Sequence record: OZ335960.1
Direction: 5' to 3' (one strand)
Length of the DNA: 64,000 bases
From: a phage
Shown here: in pieces, positions 1 through 10,998 of the stretch
Position numbering within the stretch: position 1 is the stretch's first letter
Layout of the letters: each line of letters opens with the position of its first letter
Translations under genes and position numbers: made by a program
Notes under the pieces: generated by a model
The model's input: the letters and a program-made list of their open reading frames with translations, nothing else
Databases searched by the model: none
What the model was told of the DNA's origin: nothing

Positions 1-367
1 CTTCTGAGAAGGCACCAGGAAAAAGAGCATTCAAATTAAATTGACGATTCAGCAGAGCGTCAATAGAATCACCCAATGCTGTAACAGCTACAAAATTATA
101 ATCTTCTTTTAATTTGTTAATTACACACAGGGCATCTTTATACGGAGACAAGTAACGAATAAAATCTGAACGATTGTATTTTTCAATTAGCTTGACACCG
201 AGTTCTTCATCACAATTAAAGAGTTTACCCGGAGAAATAAATTTCTCATCTTGGATCATTTTTAAAATATGTTCTAACGGAAGATTATATTTCTGAGCAA
301 AATAAGGAAGTCCTGATTGCCAGCTTAAACATACTCCATCAATATCAGTTAAAATAGTAGGCTTCAT
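1..367 (-). CDS. HAD-like hydrolase family protein, C-terminal part lies beyond the window edge
   Basis: Minus-strand ATG at 367 overlapping (ATGA) the stop of the 364-828 ORF; hand translation MKPTILTDIDGVCLSW... carries the DxDG motif I of HAD phosphatases; ORF runs off position 1. Confidence 0.5.
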   Translation of the reverse strand, partial: MKPTILTDIDGVCLSWQSGLPYFAQKYNLPLEHILKMIQDEKFISPGKLFNCDEELGVKLIEKYNRSDFIRYLSPYKDALCVINKLKEDYNFVAVTALGDSIDALLNRQFNLNALFPGAFSE

Positions 368-828
368 AGAGAGTCTCTTAATAGGTTTAACACATCAATA
401 AATTCAGCTTCGGTTAGTATTGTATCATCTTTTGTTAGACCACTAGCCATGCTGTGCTTCAAAACTTTTCCTTTCGAGGCTTGTAATGCATCACGAAAGC
501 CCTTGTTTTGGAACGCTGCTTCAAAATATGCATTTGTGTATAATTCTTTCCACGCCGGAGAGTATCTTGAAAACGGAACTCCAAGCCAAAAGAGGGTCCC
601 ACGGTCCTGAGCTCTAGCACAAGACCTTCCAGCTTGTTGGGCGGCAAGCCCGGATAACCCAAATATACGACGTTGCTGTTCAACATTTTTCACCTTGCAT
701 CCTTGGAGGAATCCTTCGAGACCTCCAAATTGAATACCATCCATAACGAAAGGCCATTGGGCGAAATTACTTAATGCGCATGATGGCCATTTAAAATTGC
801 TTCTTATCTCTAGCTCAGACATTTTCAA
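364..828 (-). CDS. NADAR (YbiA-like) domain protein
   Basis: ORF track 154 aa; motif SNF..WP..(F)..G..F...E..FQ..K resembles the NADAR/DUF1768 core; assignment from motif memory only. Confidence 0.5.
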   Translation of the reverse strand: MKMSELEIRSNFKWPSCALSNFAQWPFVMDGIQFGGLEGFLQGCKVKNVEQQRRIFGLSGLAAQQAGRSCARAQDRGTLFWLGVPFSRYSPAWKELYTNAYFEAAFQNKGFRDALQASKGKVLKHSMASGLTKDDTILTEAEFIDVLNLLRDSL

Positions 829-1021
829 TACTTATAATTTCAACATCAGCCCAATGACCATAGCAAGGAAGACGAAATTCAACTGGCCAGTTAGGGTCCT
901 TTTCTAATATAATAGACTCAACTCGTGGTTCTTCATGTTCATCAGTATATGGATTTTTATCTGTTACTTTATATGTGACCTTAATGTACTGAATTCCAAA
1001 AATCTTATTAATTATATTCAT
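815..1021 (-). CDS. hypothetical protein
   Basis: ORF track 68 aa; co-oriented with and overlapping neighbours in the early-gene array. Confidence 0.4.
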   Translation of the reverse strand: MNIINKIFGIQYIKVTYKVTDKNPYTDEHEEPRVESIILEKDPNWPVEFRLPCYGHWADVEIISIENV

Positions 1022-1215
1022 ACTAATTCCTTTAATCCGTAAATAGGAGATAATTCATCGCCCATACGAAGGTCTTCATTTCCATCTACCCAGGAAACAA
1101 TATAAGCCTCTTTTATTTGAATACCACTCCATTTAAATGGAGGTAGAACCTTAGAAATTAATCCAGGTATACCAACTCCCTTTAATTCAACAGTTTGACC
1201 TAAAAAGAATTTCAT
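1018..1215 (-). CDS. hypothetical protein
   Basis: ORF track 65 aa; 4-bp overlap with neighbouring ORFs. Confidence 0.4.
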   Translation of the reverse strand: MKFFLGQTVELKGVGIPGLISKVLPPFKWSGIQIKEAYIVSWVDGNEDLRMGDELSPIYGLKELV

Positions 1216-1502
1216 TAGAACCTCATCTGAAAACCGTGCGATTTAACATTACCGCCGCCAATATCAGAAATGTTAATTTCACGCGCAATTGAAGGGTCAA
1301 TGTCAATTTCACGATTGAGTTTAGTGATAGCTAAAGTATCGCGCCCATTTACAGTACGGAATTCTAAAGGACATACTACATTAACGTAGTTTTTAATCGA
1401 TTCGCTAGTAGGTTGCAAATGAGCAGGAAGGTCTTTAGGCGCCTTAGAGAAAACTACTTCGCAGAAGTTTTTACGAGTATCAAAATAAGTAGTCATAAAC
1501 AT
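1215..1502 (-). CDS. hypothetical protein
   Basis: ORF track 95 aa; followed upstream by a GC hairpin at 1513-1530. Confidence 0.45.
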   Translation of the reverse strand: MFMTTYFDTRKNFCEVVFSKAPKDLPAHLQPTSESIKNYVNVVCPLEFRTVNGRDTLAITKLNREIDIDPSIAREINISDIGGGNVKSHGFQMRF

Positions 1503-1543
1503 AGTATTTTCCTCAGTAAGGGGCCGAAGCCCCTTATTTTATT

Positions 1544-1909
1544 TTAAATATCAAATTCGTTAAGAACTACATCAAAGATTGCTTCAAGATGCTCAGGTTT
1601 AGCTTTGTTACTCAGAATATGACGAATCCAAGTTTTAACCAGAAGTTTACGATTGACGCCATTCCAGCAAGGATGAGTCCCTAAATCACGTTGACGGAAA
1701 TCATCATCCAGAGCGATTTTAAAAGAAGAACCTTCTTTCGTGATTGAAACCGTGATGCCATTTTCAAATCGCATATAAACGTAGTTAGGAGTCATATACT
1801 GTTCAATTTCGCATACTGATCCATTTTGATGTTTCCAAAGGCAGATAGTATCAATAGAACCTGCAATACCATTAGAAACATATTTACGTTCAAAGTTGAT
1901 GTAGTTCAT
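1544..1909 (-). CDS. hypothetical protein
   Basis: ORF track 121 aa; RBS GGAGAATAAAA before ATG; early-promoter-like element upstream. Confidence 0.5.
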   Translation of the reverse strand: MNYINFERKYVSNGIAGSIDTICLWKHQNGSVCEIEQYMTPNYVYMRFENGITVSITKEGSSFKIALDDDFRQRDLGTHPCWNGVNRKLLVKTWIRHILSNKAKPEHLEAIFDVVLNEFDI

Positions 1910-1943
1910 TTTTATTCTCCGAGATGTTTAATTGCGGTACAGG

Positions 1944-1974
1944 TATATAATATCATATCCTGTACCAAAGTAAA
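1944..1974 (-). promoter_or_regulatory. early (sigma-70) promoter-like element
   Basis: Minus strand TTTACT, 16-17 nt, TATTAT upstream of the 1544-1909 ORF. Confidence 0.4.
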
Positions 1975-1977
1975 CAA

Positions 1978-2310
1978 TTATTTTACTACTTTCCAGTGCT
2001 GCATGTCAAGTTTACCAACTTTTTTCATCTTCTCAATTAAGCGTTCGGCACGTTGGCGAGCTGTAACATAATACCATTCACCCAATTCATTTTGTTCAAT
2101 TTTTCCAACGATTACTGTATTCAATTCATAAATCCAACCAGTAAAGAAATTATGAACTTGAATTGTAAAGGTGAAATCTGTTCCCATACCTTCTGTTGTT
2201 TCTACTTCAATAATATCACCTTCAACTGCCATTAAGAACCACATAGTTTCATCATATTTACCATTGAAGCATTTAGTTTTAACTGTAGCGTTCAGATTAA
2301 TCGTTTTCAT
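1978..2310 (-). CDS. hypothetical protein
   Basis: ORF track 110 aa; RBS AAGGAGAATAAA before ATG 2310; early promoter at 2338-2366. Confidence 0.5.
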   Translation of the reverse strand: MKTINLNATVKTKCFNGKYDETMWFLMAVEGDIIEVETTEGMGTDFTFTIQVHNFFTGWIYELNTVIVGKIEQNELGEWYYVTARQRAERLIEKMKKVGKLDMQHWKVVK

Positions 2311-2337
2311 TTTATTCTCCTTTGTTTGTGTAAGATA

Positions 2338-2366
2338 ATACTATCACAAAGGAACCATACTGTAAA
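2338..2366 (-). promoter_or_regulatory. T4-type early promoter
   Basis: Minus strand GTTTACA, 17 nt, TAGTAT with an A/T-rich upstream region. Confidence 0.55.
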
Positions 2367-2389
2367 CAACTTTGTGCAATCTTTGGAAA

Positions 2390-2415
2390 ATAAAAAAGGA
2401 CTCCCGAAGGAGTCC
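2390..2415 (-). terminator. rho-independent terminator
   Basis: Minus strand GGACUCC-UUCG-GGAGUCC followed by UUUUUUAUUUU. Confidence 0.6.
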
Positions 2416-2420
2416 TCAAC

Positions 2421-2597
2421 TTATGCTTTCTGCTTACCAAAACGAGAAGCATCATCTCGAAGAACCGCACGTGCTCGGCGCATGATCTTCTCAACAGTTT
2501 GATTGATACGAGAGTTCGACCCACGCTTGTAGCCAGCGCGTTTAGAATCACCAACTTTCTTTTCAACTGCTTTCTTTGCTTTAGCTTGTTTTGCCAT
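2421..2597 (-). CDS. small lysine/arginine-rich protein
   Basis: Track ORF 2421-2639 trimmed to internal ATG at 2597 (MAKQAKAKKAVEKK...) with RBS AAGAG upstream; terminator hairpin immediately downstream. Confidence 0.45.
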   Translation of the reverse strand: MAKQAKAKKAVEKKVGDSKRAGYKRGSNSRINQTVEKIMRRARAVLRDDASRFGKQKA

Positions 2598-2992
2598 TAT
2601 AAATTCTCTTTTAAATGAAAATGCAGGACTTATTGGCATTGCCTGCGCAAGCCCTCAAGGGGAACATAGGTTTTGTATATTTACCGACAGGATAACCATA
2701 AACCCGTCAACATACCTTATAGCTCTTATCTGTTGCACACCGTTAGCTTAAAGGTTCCGGGTTCGATTTCTCGAGGATAAGATATATACTGATGGATATA
2801 TAGGCCTTGAGGCGTACTCCCGATTAGCCATCACCTCGGGGTAGCATGCACTTGCCGCTATAAAATAACATTCAAGAGGTACACCGTAAAACTGCCGGGG
2901 TCTTAAAACTATAATGATTCGCAAATCATTAATCAGACAGTTCGACGGCTCCTCGTTTTAACTTCACACTAAGGCAGTGACTCTCCAATAAA

Positions 2993-3241
2993 TTACTTCA
3001 GTGTTACCACAAAGTGACGAACTGCTTTTCGTGCAGCAGAAGCCAGTGGCTTAGCATATTTAAGTTCATCTTTTTCCTGAAGCTCAGCAGCTAATGCAGT
3101 TTGAGCAGGATTCAGATGTTTGAAATAACGCAGGATTTCAAGAGCTTCGGCTTCAACATCAATAGATGCGCCATAGTTTTCGTGACCATTATTCCATGCG
3201 TTTCGTTGCAGTTCAAGAGCGTGTTGTAATTGTTTAATCAT
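2993..3241 (-). CDS. rIII: rIII lysis-inhibition accessory protein
   Basis: 82 aa, position next to gene 31, sequence matches recalled T4 RIII (MIKQLQHALELQRNAWNNGHENYG...). Confidence 0.75.
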   Translation of the reverse strand: MIKQLQHALELQRNAWNNGHENYGASIDVEAEALEILRYFKHLNPAQTALAAELQEKDELKYAKPLASAARKAVRHFVVTLK

Positions 3242-3388
3242 TTAAAAATTCTCGTTAGAGATTAAAACTCGGTAGTCACGTTCTTCTGAATTTCATCTTC
3301 TTTCGACAGATCTCTCAGTTGTAGACTACCACATAGAATTGTTCGGTTAACTTATTATTCCGACACCCAATTCATATTATTATTTATA

Positions 3389-3724
3389 TCACTTATAAAG
3401 ACACGGAATAGCTTTATAGTGACAGGTAACGAATTTTTGTTTAATTTCTTTTGGCTGCTTAAGACCCAGAGCTACAAAAGGATGCGGAACGTTTCGAATT
3501 TGACCAACTGGAAGAGAAGTCAAATCACCAACTTCGCAGAAACCTTCAGGAACATCAGGACCAACGGAGTGAACTACACACAGTTCAGGAACTTCACCTT
3601 GAACACGTTTACCGATAATAAGTCCTGATTCTGTAACTTCTTCATCACCGGCTTGTGCAGGTTCAGAAACTAAAATAACATATTCACCGACAGCACGAAT
3701 TGGTAGCTGTTGTACTTCAGACAT
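3389..3724 (-). CDS. 31: gp31 co-chaperonin (GroES-like) for major capsid protein folding
   Basis: 111 aa, same length as T4 gp31; GroES-like glycine-rich mobile loop; MotA-box middle promoter immediately upstream. Confidence 0.85.
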
Positions 3725-3754
3725 CGTTTTTCCTTTTTGTTAACAGATGAATTA

Positions 3755-3779
3755 ATAATAACAAATAATTCTTAAAGCA
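3755..3779 (-). promoter_or_regulatory. MotA-dependent middle promoter for gene 31
   Basis: Minus strand MotA box TGCTTTA, 12 nt, TATTAT, about 30 nt before the gene 31 RBS. Confidence 0.55.
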
Positions 3780-3780
3780 T

Positions 3781-4089
3781 TTATTTACCAATAAATTGAA
3801 GCAAATGCTCAACTTTCATACCATTAACGGAAATCAATTTGTCAATAGAAAAACCTCGCCATGCACCGAGTTCAACATCAAATACTGGAATCATATCAGT
3901 AGATTCTTTCCGAGCAGATTCAGTCAATTTACCAGTTTGCATGGTTGGCATAAAGTCTGCATCGCGAGTACCTTTCATAGTACGAATAGTACCATCAGAC
4001 TTTTCAAAAACTACATTTGAAATACCCATGGACAATTTAGTTTTCAAAATTTCACGAATTGCTACTTTTTGTTCAGTCGTCAGTTTCAT
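3781..4089 (-). CDS. hypothetical protein (31.1 position)
   Basis: ORF track 102 aa. Confidence 0.5.
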   Translation of the reverse strand: MKLTTEQKVAIREILKTKLSMGISNVVFEKSDGTIRTMKGTRDADFMPTMQTGKLTESARKESTDMIPVFDVELGAWRGFSIDKLISVNGMKVEHLLQFIGK

Positions 4090-4326
4090 TTATTTACCTA
4101 TTACAGTTTTATGATAAATTGTTCCACGTTCTTTAAGAGTGGAAAGTAATTTTTGATATTTTTCTAAATCAGATTTCCAACTATGCGGTCTATCAATACA
4201 AACCCAGTTTGATTTATAATACTGTTTCCACCTAGAGAAAAAATATTTCTTATACTCTACAGCAAATGAAATGTTCTCGGTAGAATAAGAACTAATTGCT
4301 GTGAGCTGTACCAAACGAAATTTCAT
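4090..4326 (-). CDS. hypothetical protein (31.2 position)
   Basis: ORF track 78 aa. Confidence 0.45.
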   Translation of the reverse strand: MKFRLVQLTAISSYSTENISFAVEYKKYFFSRWKQYYKSNWVCIDRPHSWKSDLEKYQKLLSTLKERGTIYHKTVIGK

Positions 4327-4907
4327 TATTCACCACAGAATTCGTTGATATTTTCCCAGTTTAACTTATTCAAGTTTTTCTTAGGAACATTAAACACTTC
4401 AATACCTGCATTTCGCAGAATATCATCCCAGCCAGGTTTATTTTTATCGTATGTTTCGCAATAAACCAGCTTTTTAATACCAGATTGAGCTATCGCTTTT
4501 GCGCAATCTGGGCAAGGAGAAAGTGTTACATACATAGTAGCACCTTCAATTGAAGAACCGTTTCGTGCAGCAAACAAAATCGCATTTAGTTCAGCATGAA
4601 TTTCATTTTTAGACGACCATTCAGAGTGAGCGCTACGGTGTTCTTTCGCCAAGACAAAACGATCAGTTGAACCAAACGATACACATTCAGGCTTATGACC
4701 TTGAATGATAGTATGTTTAGGCTTATTCAGCAACCAACCTTGCTCGGCAGCATAATCACAACAATTCACACCACCAGCAGGTGAACCATTATATCCGGTA
4801 GAAATAATACGCCCATTCTTTTCAATTACTGCTCCTACCTTCCAGGAGCAGCATTTTGATTCTTGTGATACTAAATATGCAATTTGAAGTACTGTACTCG
4901 CTTTCAT
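4326..4907 (-). CDS. cd: dCMP deaminase
   Basis: 193 aa; zinc-binding cytidine/dCMP deaminase motifs HAELNA and PCPDCAKAI; T4 cd position. Confidence 0.9.
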   Translation of the reverse strand: MKASTVLQIAYLVSQESKCCSWKVGAVIEKNGRIISTGYNGSPAGGVNCCDYAAEQGWLLNKPKHTIIQGHKPECVSFGSTDRFVLAKEHRSAHSEWSSKNEIHAELNAILFAARNGSSIEGATMYVTLSPCPDCAKAIAQSGIKKLVYCETYDKNKPGWDDILRNAGIEVFNVPKKNLNKLNWENINEFCGE

Positions 4908-5242
4908 TTCATAATCACCAGATAAGCAGATTTAGCAGTTTCAACACGATAAATTTCGTGACGAAGTTTAGTTATACTTTTAATAACAGAACTAATTATA
5001 TTCTGCCCATCTTTAAAGCGGTTTTTCTTATCAATAAAAATTGCGCCAACCATCTTTTTGTGAAGCTCAACTGGATACTTCGTCACAATAATAGCATCAT
5101 ACACAGAAGGATGAATACTATTCACTAAAGTATCATTCATTAAAGTTATTCTAATGAACTGTGCTGTTTCAGAATCAAGCGCTCTATGATCGCCAGTATC
5201 ATTTTCAAGACAATTATCAATTATATCAGTTAAATTCATCAT
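4904..5242 (-). CDS. hypothetical protein
   Basis: ORF track 112 aa; overlapping stop/start with cd. Confidence 0.45.
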   Translation of the reverse strand: MMNLTDIIDNCLENDTGDHRALDSETAQFIRITLMNDTLVNSIHPSVYDAIIVTKYPVELHKKMVGAIFIDKKNRFKDGQNIISSVIKSITKLRHEIYRVETAKSAYLVIMK

Positions 5243-5475
5243 AGTACGCCATACACCCTTTGTGCTTCAACTAATCCATCAAAATCCAATTTGAGATGTG
5301 TTATTTGGTCACCATCACCTGGATTCACAATTACTAATACTGAACGAGGAGTTTCGGTAATAACGCGAACCGATGTTTCTGGAAATCGTTCAGAAACCTT
5401 ATTTACCAATTCCTGAGCAAATAGTTTAACTTTTTCTTGGAATTCTTTAACAGTAATTGGTTTTTCACTTAGCAT
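5239..5475 (-). CDS. hypothetical protein
   Basis: ORF track 78 aa. Confidence 0.45.
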   Translation of the reverse strand: MLSEKPITVKEFQEKVKLFAQELVNKVSERFPETSVRVITETPRSVLVIVNPGDGDQITHLKLDFDGLVEAQRVYGVL

Positions 5476-5996
5476 GTTGATCCTAGCTCCTTACTTTCAA
5501 CGTTTTTAACTAATTTGACAGAAACTAATTCGGCATCTTGGGTAATCATTACCGGGCCTTCTTTATACTCTTCAAGATATTCTAGAGCTTTCTTTTTAGC
5601 TTCTTCCTTCGTATCAGTTTGAGCATAGATATAAAACATACAACCAGTAATACCTACTACTTTCCACTTAATTTCTTTATCAGTTTTAATTTCAAATTTA
5701 CTGACAGAATCATCTTTTTGAACTTCTTCGAAAAAAGAATATTCTAACATATAAGCAATTGAAAATAACGGGCTAACTTTATAGGATTCGCCCATTACAT
5801 CAACAGCTTTATACCAACAGTCATCAATTTCGCGTTTAATGCTAATAACATTTTTCGCAGGATCTATTTTTACTTTAAATGAATTTTCTCCAATAAACTG
5901 AGCAATTCGTTTATTAGCCCCGCAAGTTTCATTAAAAATATCTTTATATCCAGCTTTAAAGCGATAAACCTTATCTTCTTCAAACCATTCGCTCAT
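5469..5996 (-). CDS. hypothetical protein
   Basis: ORF track 175 aa. Confidence 0.5.
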   Translation of the reverse strand: MSEWFEEDKVYRFKAGYKDIFNETCGANKRIAQFIGENSFKVKIDPAKNVISIKREIDDCWYKAVDVMGESYKVSPLFSIAYMLEYSFFEEVQKDDSVSKFEIKTDKEIKWKVVGITGCMFYIYAQTDTKEEAKKKALEYLEEYKEGPVMITQDAELVSVKLVKNVESKELGSTC

Positions 5997-6058
5997 TTCA
6001 ATTTCCTCATTTGTTTTGGTAGAGCTATAATATCACAACTCTACCATAAAGTAAACCA

Positions 6059-6340
6059 TTAAATTGCTTTGAATTCTGATGTCTGTGATTCAAAGCGAAT
6101 ATCGCCTTTGATGACTAGCTCAGCATCAAGACCAAATACGACAATGATATGCGCGAAACCCGGATACAGCGTAATTGCAATAGAATCCACCTGGTCTGGA
6201 AGCAAAGTGTTCAATACATGAGTCACTTGAGCATGAATTCGAAGCTCGGCTGCGTTATCAAGCTTTTCAAACATATTATTAGCGATAATTTGACTAAACA
6301 CTACTTCTACGATTTTAGAATAAGTCGGAAACATATTCAC
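6059..6340 (-). CDS. hypothetical protein
   Basis: ORF track 93 aa. Confidence 0.45.
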   Translation of the reverse strand: MNMFPTYSKIVEVVFSQIIANNMFEKLDNAAELRIHAQVTHVLNTLLPDQVDSIAITLYPGFAHIIVVFGLDAELVIKGDIRFESQTSEFKAI

Positions 6341-6537
6341 CCCACATAATTTTCTTCAAGCCAATTAATAACATCCAACGCATTATCAAAAGTTGAACCA
6401 TCTACTATGTCTTCTGTTTCATAATCAAGAATATCTAAGTCTATTCTTCCATCAACAATAGGCCATAAACAAAATAGATATTTCTTTTCTTTTTCAATTT
6501 TATCACAAAGTCGATAAATCTTTTCTATGTTATTCAT
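6337..6537 (-). CDS. hypothetical protein
   Basis: ORF track 66 aa. Confidence 0.4.
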   Translation of the reverse strand: MNNIEKIYRLCDKIEKEKKYLFCLWPIVDGRIDLDILDYETEDIVDGSTFDNALDVINWLEENYVG

Positions 6538-6726
6538 AAGTTTTCCATGGTAAAGGCAGTTTAGTTTTCTTTACTGTTAGTTCAACATCAGGATTCTTTT
6601 CCCTTAATTTAAGACATTCCTCCCAAGCTCTGTTTTCACTAGTGAAAACACAAAATTGCCCATTACTAGTACCAACTAAACCGCTATTTACAATAACAAT
6701 AGCCCAAGTTTCATGATGCAAAGCCA

Positions 6727-6727
<1 letters not shown>
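6530..6727 (-). CDS. hypothetical protein
   Basis: ORF track 65 aa. Confidence 0.4.
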
Positions 6728-7948
<1,221 letters not shown>

Positions 7949-7952
<4 letters not shown>

Positions 7953-8185
7953 CTATTTTCCTCAACCAATGATTGAATATAATCATGCAAGTCTTTAGAT
8001 GCTTTACCCCACTTATTTTGGTATTCATTTTTAAGATTAGCACGAGATTGAGCTAATAAAACATCATTAGTTGGAGGTAAAGATTCTAACCGCTGAATCT
8101 GGCGTCCGTAAATCATTGCAGCCATCTCGGATTCATAAATCAATCCTTTGAGATGTTCAAATTGATGCCATGAAATCATTTGCAT
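7949..8185 (-). CDS. hypothetical protein
   Basis: ORF track 78 aa. Confidence 0.45.
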
Positions 8186-8475
8186 TTATCCTCTTTTAAC
8201 TCTTGGCGATAATAACATATCATAGTTTTCTGATCATGTACATATCGTTTTACATCATTAAGCCAAATACGAAATTCCTGGGAATCTTCGAATGGCATAC
8301 CGACCCAAGCTTTACCATCAATAACTTTAACTTGCCAGGATAGTTTAGCTTCATCATATGACTTTATTTGTACAGGCCAATTAGGATGAACTGTTTCTTT
8401 CTTTACTTCTAGAGGCTTTGTCGAACAACCAACTAGAAGACCAATAGATAATATTACTGCTGATAGTTTAATCAT
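8176..8475 (-). CDS. putative lipoprotein
   Basis: 99 aa; N-terminal signal peptide with lipobox (LLVGCS). Confidence 0.5.
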   Translation of the reverse strand: MIKLSAVILSIGLLVGCSTKPLEVKKETVHPNWPVQIKSYDEAKLSWQVKVIDGKAWVGMPFEDSQEFRIWLNDVKRYVHDQKTMICYYRQELKEDKCK

Positions 8476-8825
8476 TTAGAAAGGTCCTGGATGTCTTCTG
8501 CGAACTTGTTGAAGGAGTTATTGATTTGTTTTTCAACCAATCCTGGCTTATGAGCCACCACATCCGCCTTCTTTGCGTCTTTGCGCAGTTTTTCATTTTC
8601 ACGCTCAATAGCAGCAATTGCCTCACGATTTTTATTATTCATCGCATCAATATAATTATACTGAATTCGCAAATTATTTAATGCTAAAGCGTTTTCATTG
8701 GCCGTTTTTGTAATTTCTACAACAGACGTTTCTAATCTTTCAATTTTATTTTTTAAAATTAAAGAAGTTCCGCCCAATGCAATTACAATTAATAGCAAGC
8801 CTGTTGTCGTATTACTTAATTGCAT
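8472..8825 (-). CDS. membrane-anchored coiled-coil protein
   Basis: 117 aa; hydrophobic N-terminal helix followed by a charged heptad-like region. Confidence 0.45.
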   Translation of the reverse strand: MQLSNTTTGLLLIVIALGGTSLILKNKIERLETSVVEITKTANENALALNNLRIQYNYIDAMNNKNREAIAAIERENEKLRKDAKKADVVAHKPGLVEKQINNSFNKFAEDIQDLSK

Positions 8826-9322
8826 AAAGTTTTAATAACCTCTATAATATCGTCTTGAGAAAGACCGTTAATTAAAATATGATGTTCAGCAGGAGATTTA
8901 GAAATTTTAAAGCATGCCTCAACATCTTCTGCCATATCCGATGCGCTGCGATTTGGATTACTAATTCCAAGACGATGTTTTCCCGTTAAAGGATTAACGA
9001 TGATATAGCATTTACAGTTGTTGATATGAACATTAGGTTGAGTCTGATTAATGAACACATCACAATCATATTTCGCAAGCTGATTTTCTAAAAAGACTTT
9101 CATCTCCTCAACCGCATCAGGAAGCATATCACGGGCTTGCTCAAGACGACGATTTCGATATTCTTTAATGGTCGTTTTCCGCTTGACTTGCTTAGCTAAA
9201 TCTTTCTTAAGATCGGTGATATATCCAACTCGACGATTTCCTTTAAATACAGAAATCCCATCTGTAGTATCACCGTATGCTTCAACGACCATCTCAGTAG
9301 TAATAAGCTGTAAATCCATCAT
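8816..9322 (-). CDS. alc: Alc-like host-transcription inhibitor (positional assignment)
   Basis: 168 aa ORF in the position between the pseT cluster and rnlA where T4 encodes the 167-aa Alc; assigned by length and position only. Confidence 0.5.
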   Translation of the reverse strand: MMDLQLITTEMVVEAYGDTTDGISVFKGNRRVGYITDLKKDLAKQVKRKTTIKEYRNRRLEQARDMLPDAVEEMKVFLENQLAKYDCDVFINQTQPNVHINNCKCYIIVNPLTGKHRLGISNPNRSASDMAEDVEACFKISKSPAEHHILINGLSQDDIIEVIKTLCN

Positions 9323-9383
9323 AAAGTCCTCATGTTATGTCAGTAAGACTACTATAACACAACACGAGGGACTTGTAAACAGC

Positions 9384-10971
<1,588 letters not shown>

Positions 10972-10979
10972 AATAAAAT

Positions 10980-10993
10980 GGGCCTTACGGCCC
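10980..10993 (-). promoter_or_regulatory. GNRA-loop hairpin between a Shine-Dalgarno sequence and the denA start codon (split RBS)
   Basis: Minus strand reads TAA-GGAG-TG-GGGCC-GUAA-GGCCC-AUUUUAUU-AUG; the hairpin would bring AAGGAG to about 9 nt from the AUG. Confidence 0.45.
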
Positions 10994-10998
10994 ACTCC

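Noticed and set aside
2312-2566. 84-aa track ORF overlapping the terminator, promoter and small basic-protein gene
   Set aside because: It spans a terminator hairpin and an early promoter and overlaps a better-supported ORF in another frame; most likely not coding.
2640-2992. Possible tRNA, prompted by a GGTTCGATTT T-loop-like string
   Set aside because: I could not fold a cloverleaf: the T-stem arms flanking the putative loop are not complementary and there is no acceptor stem.
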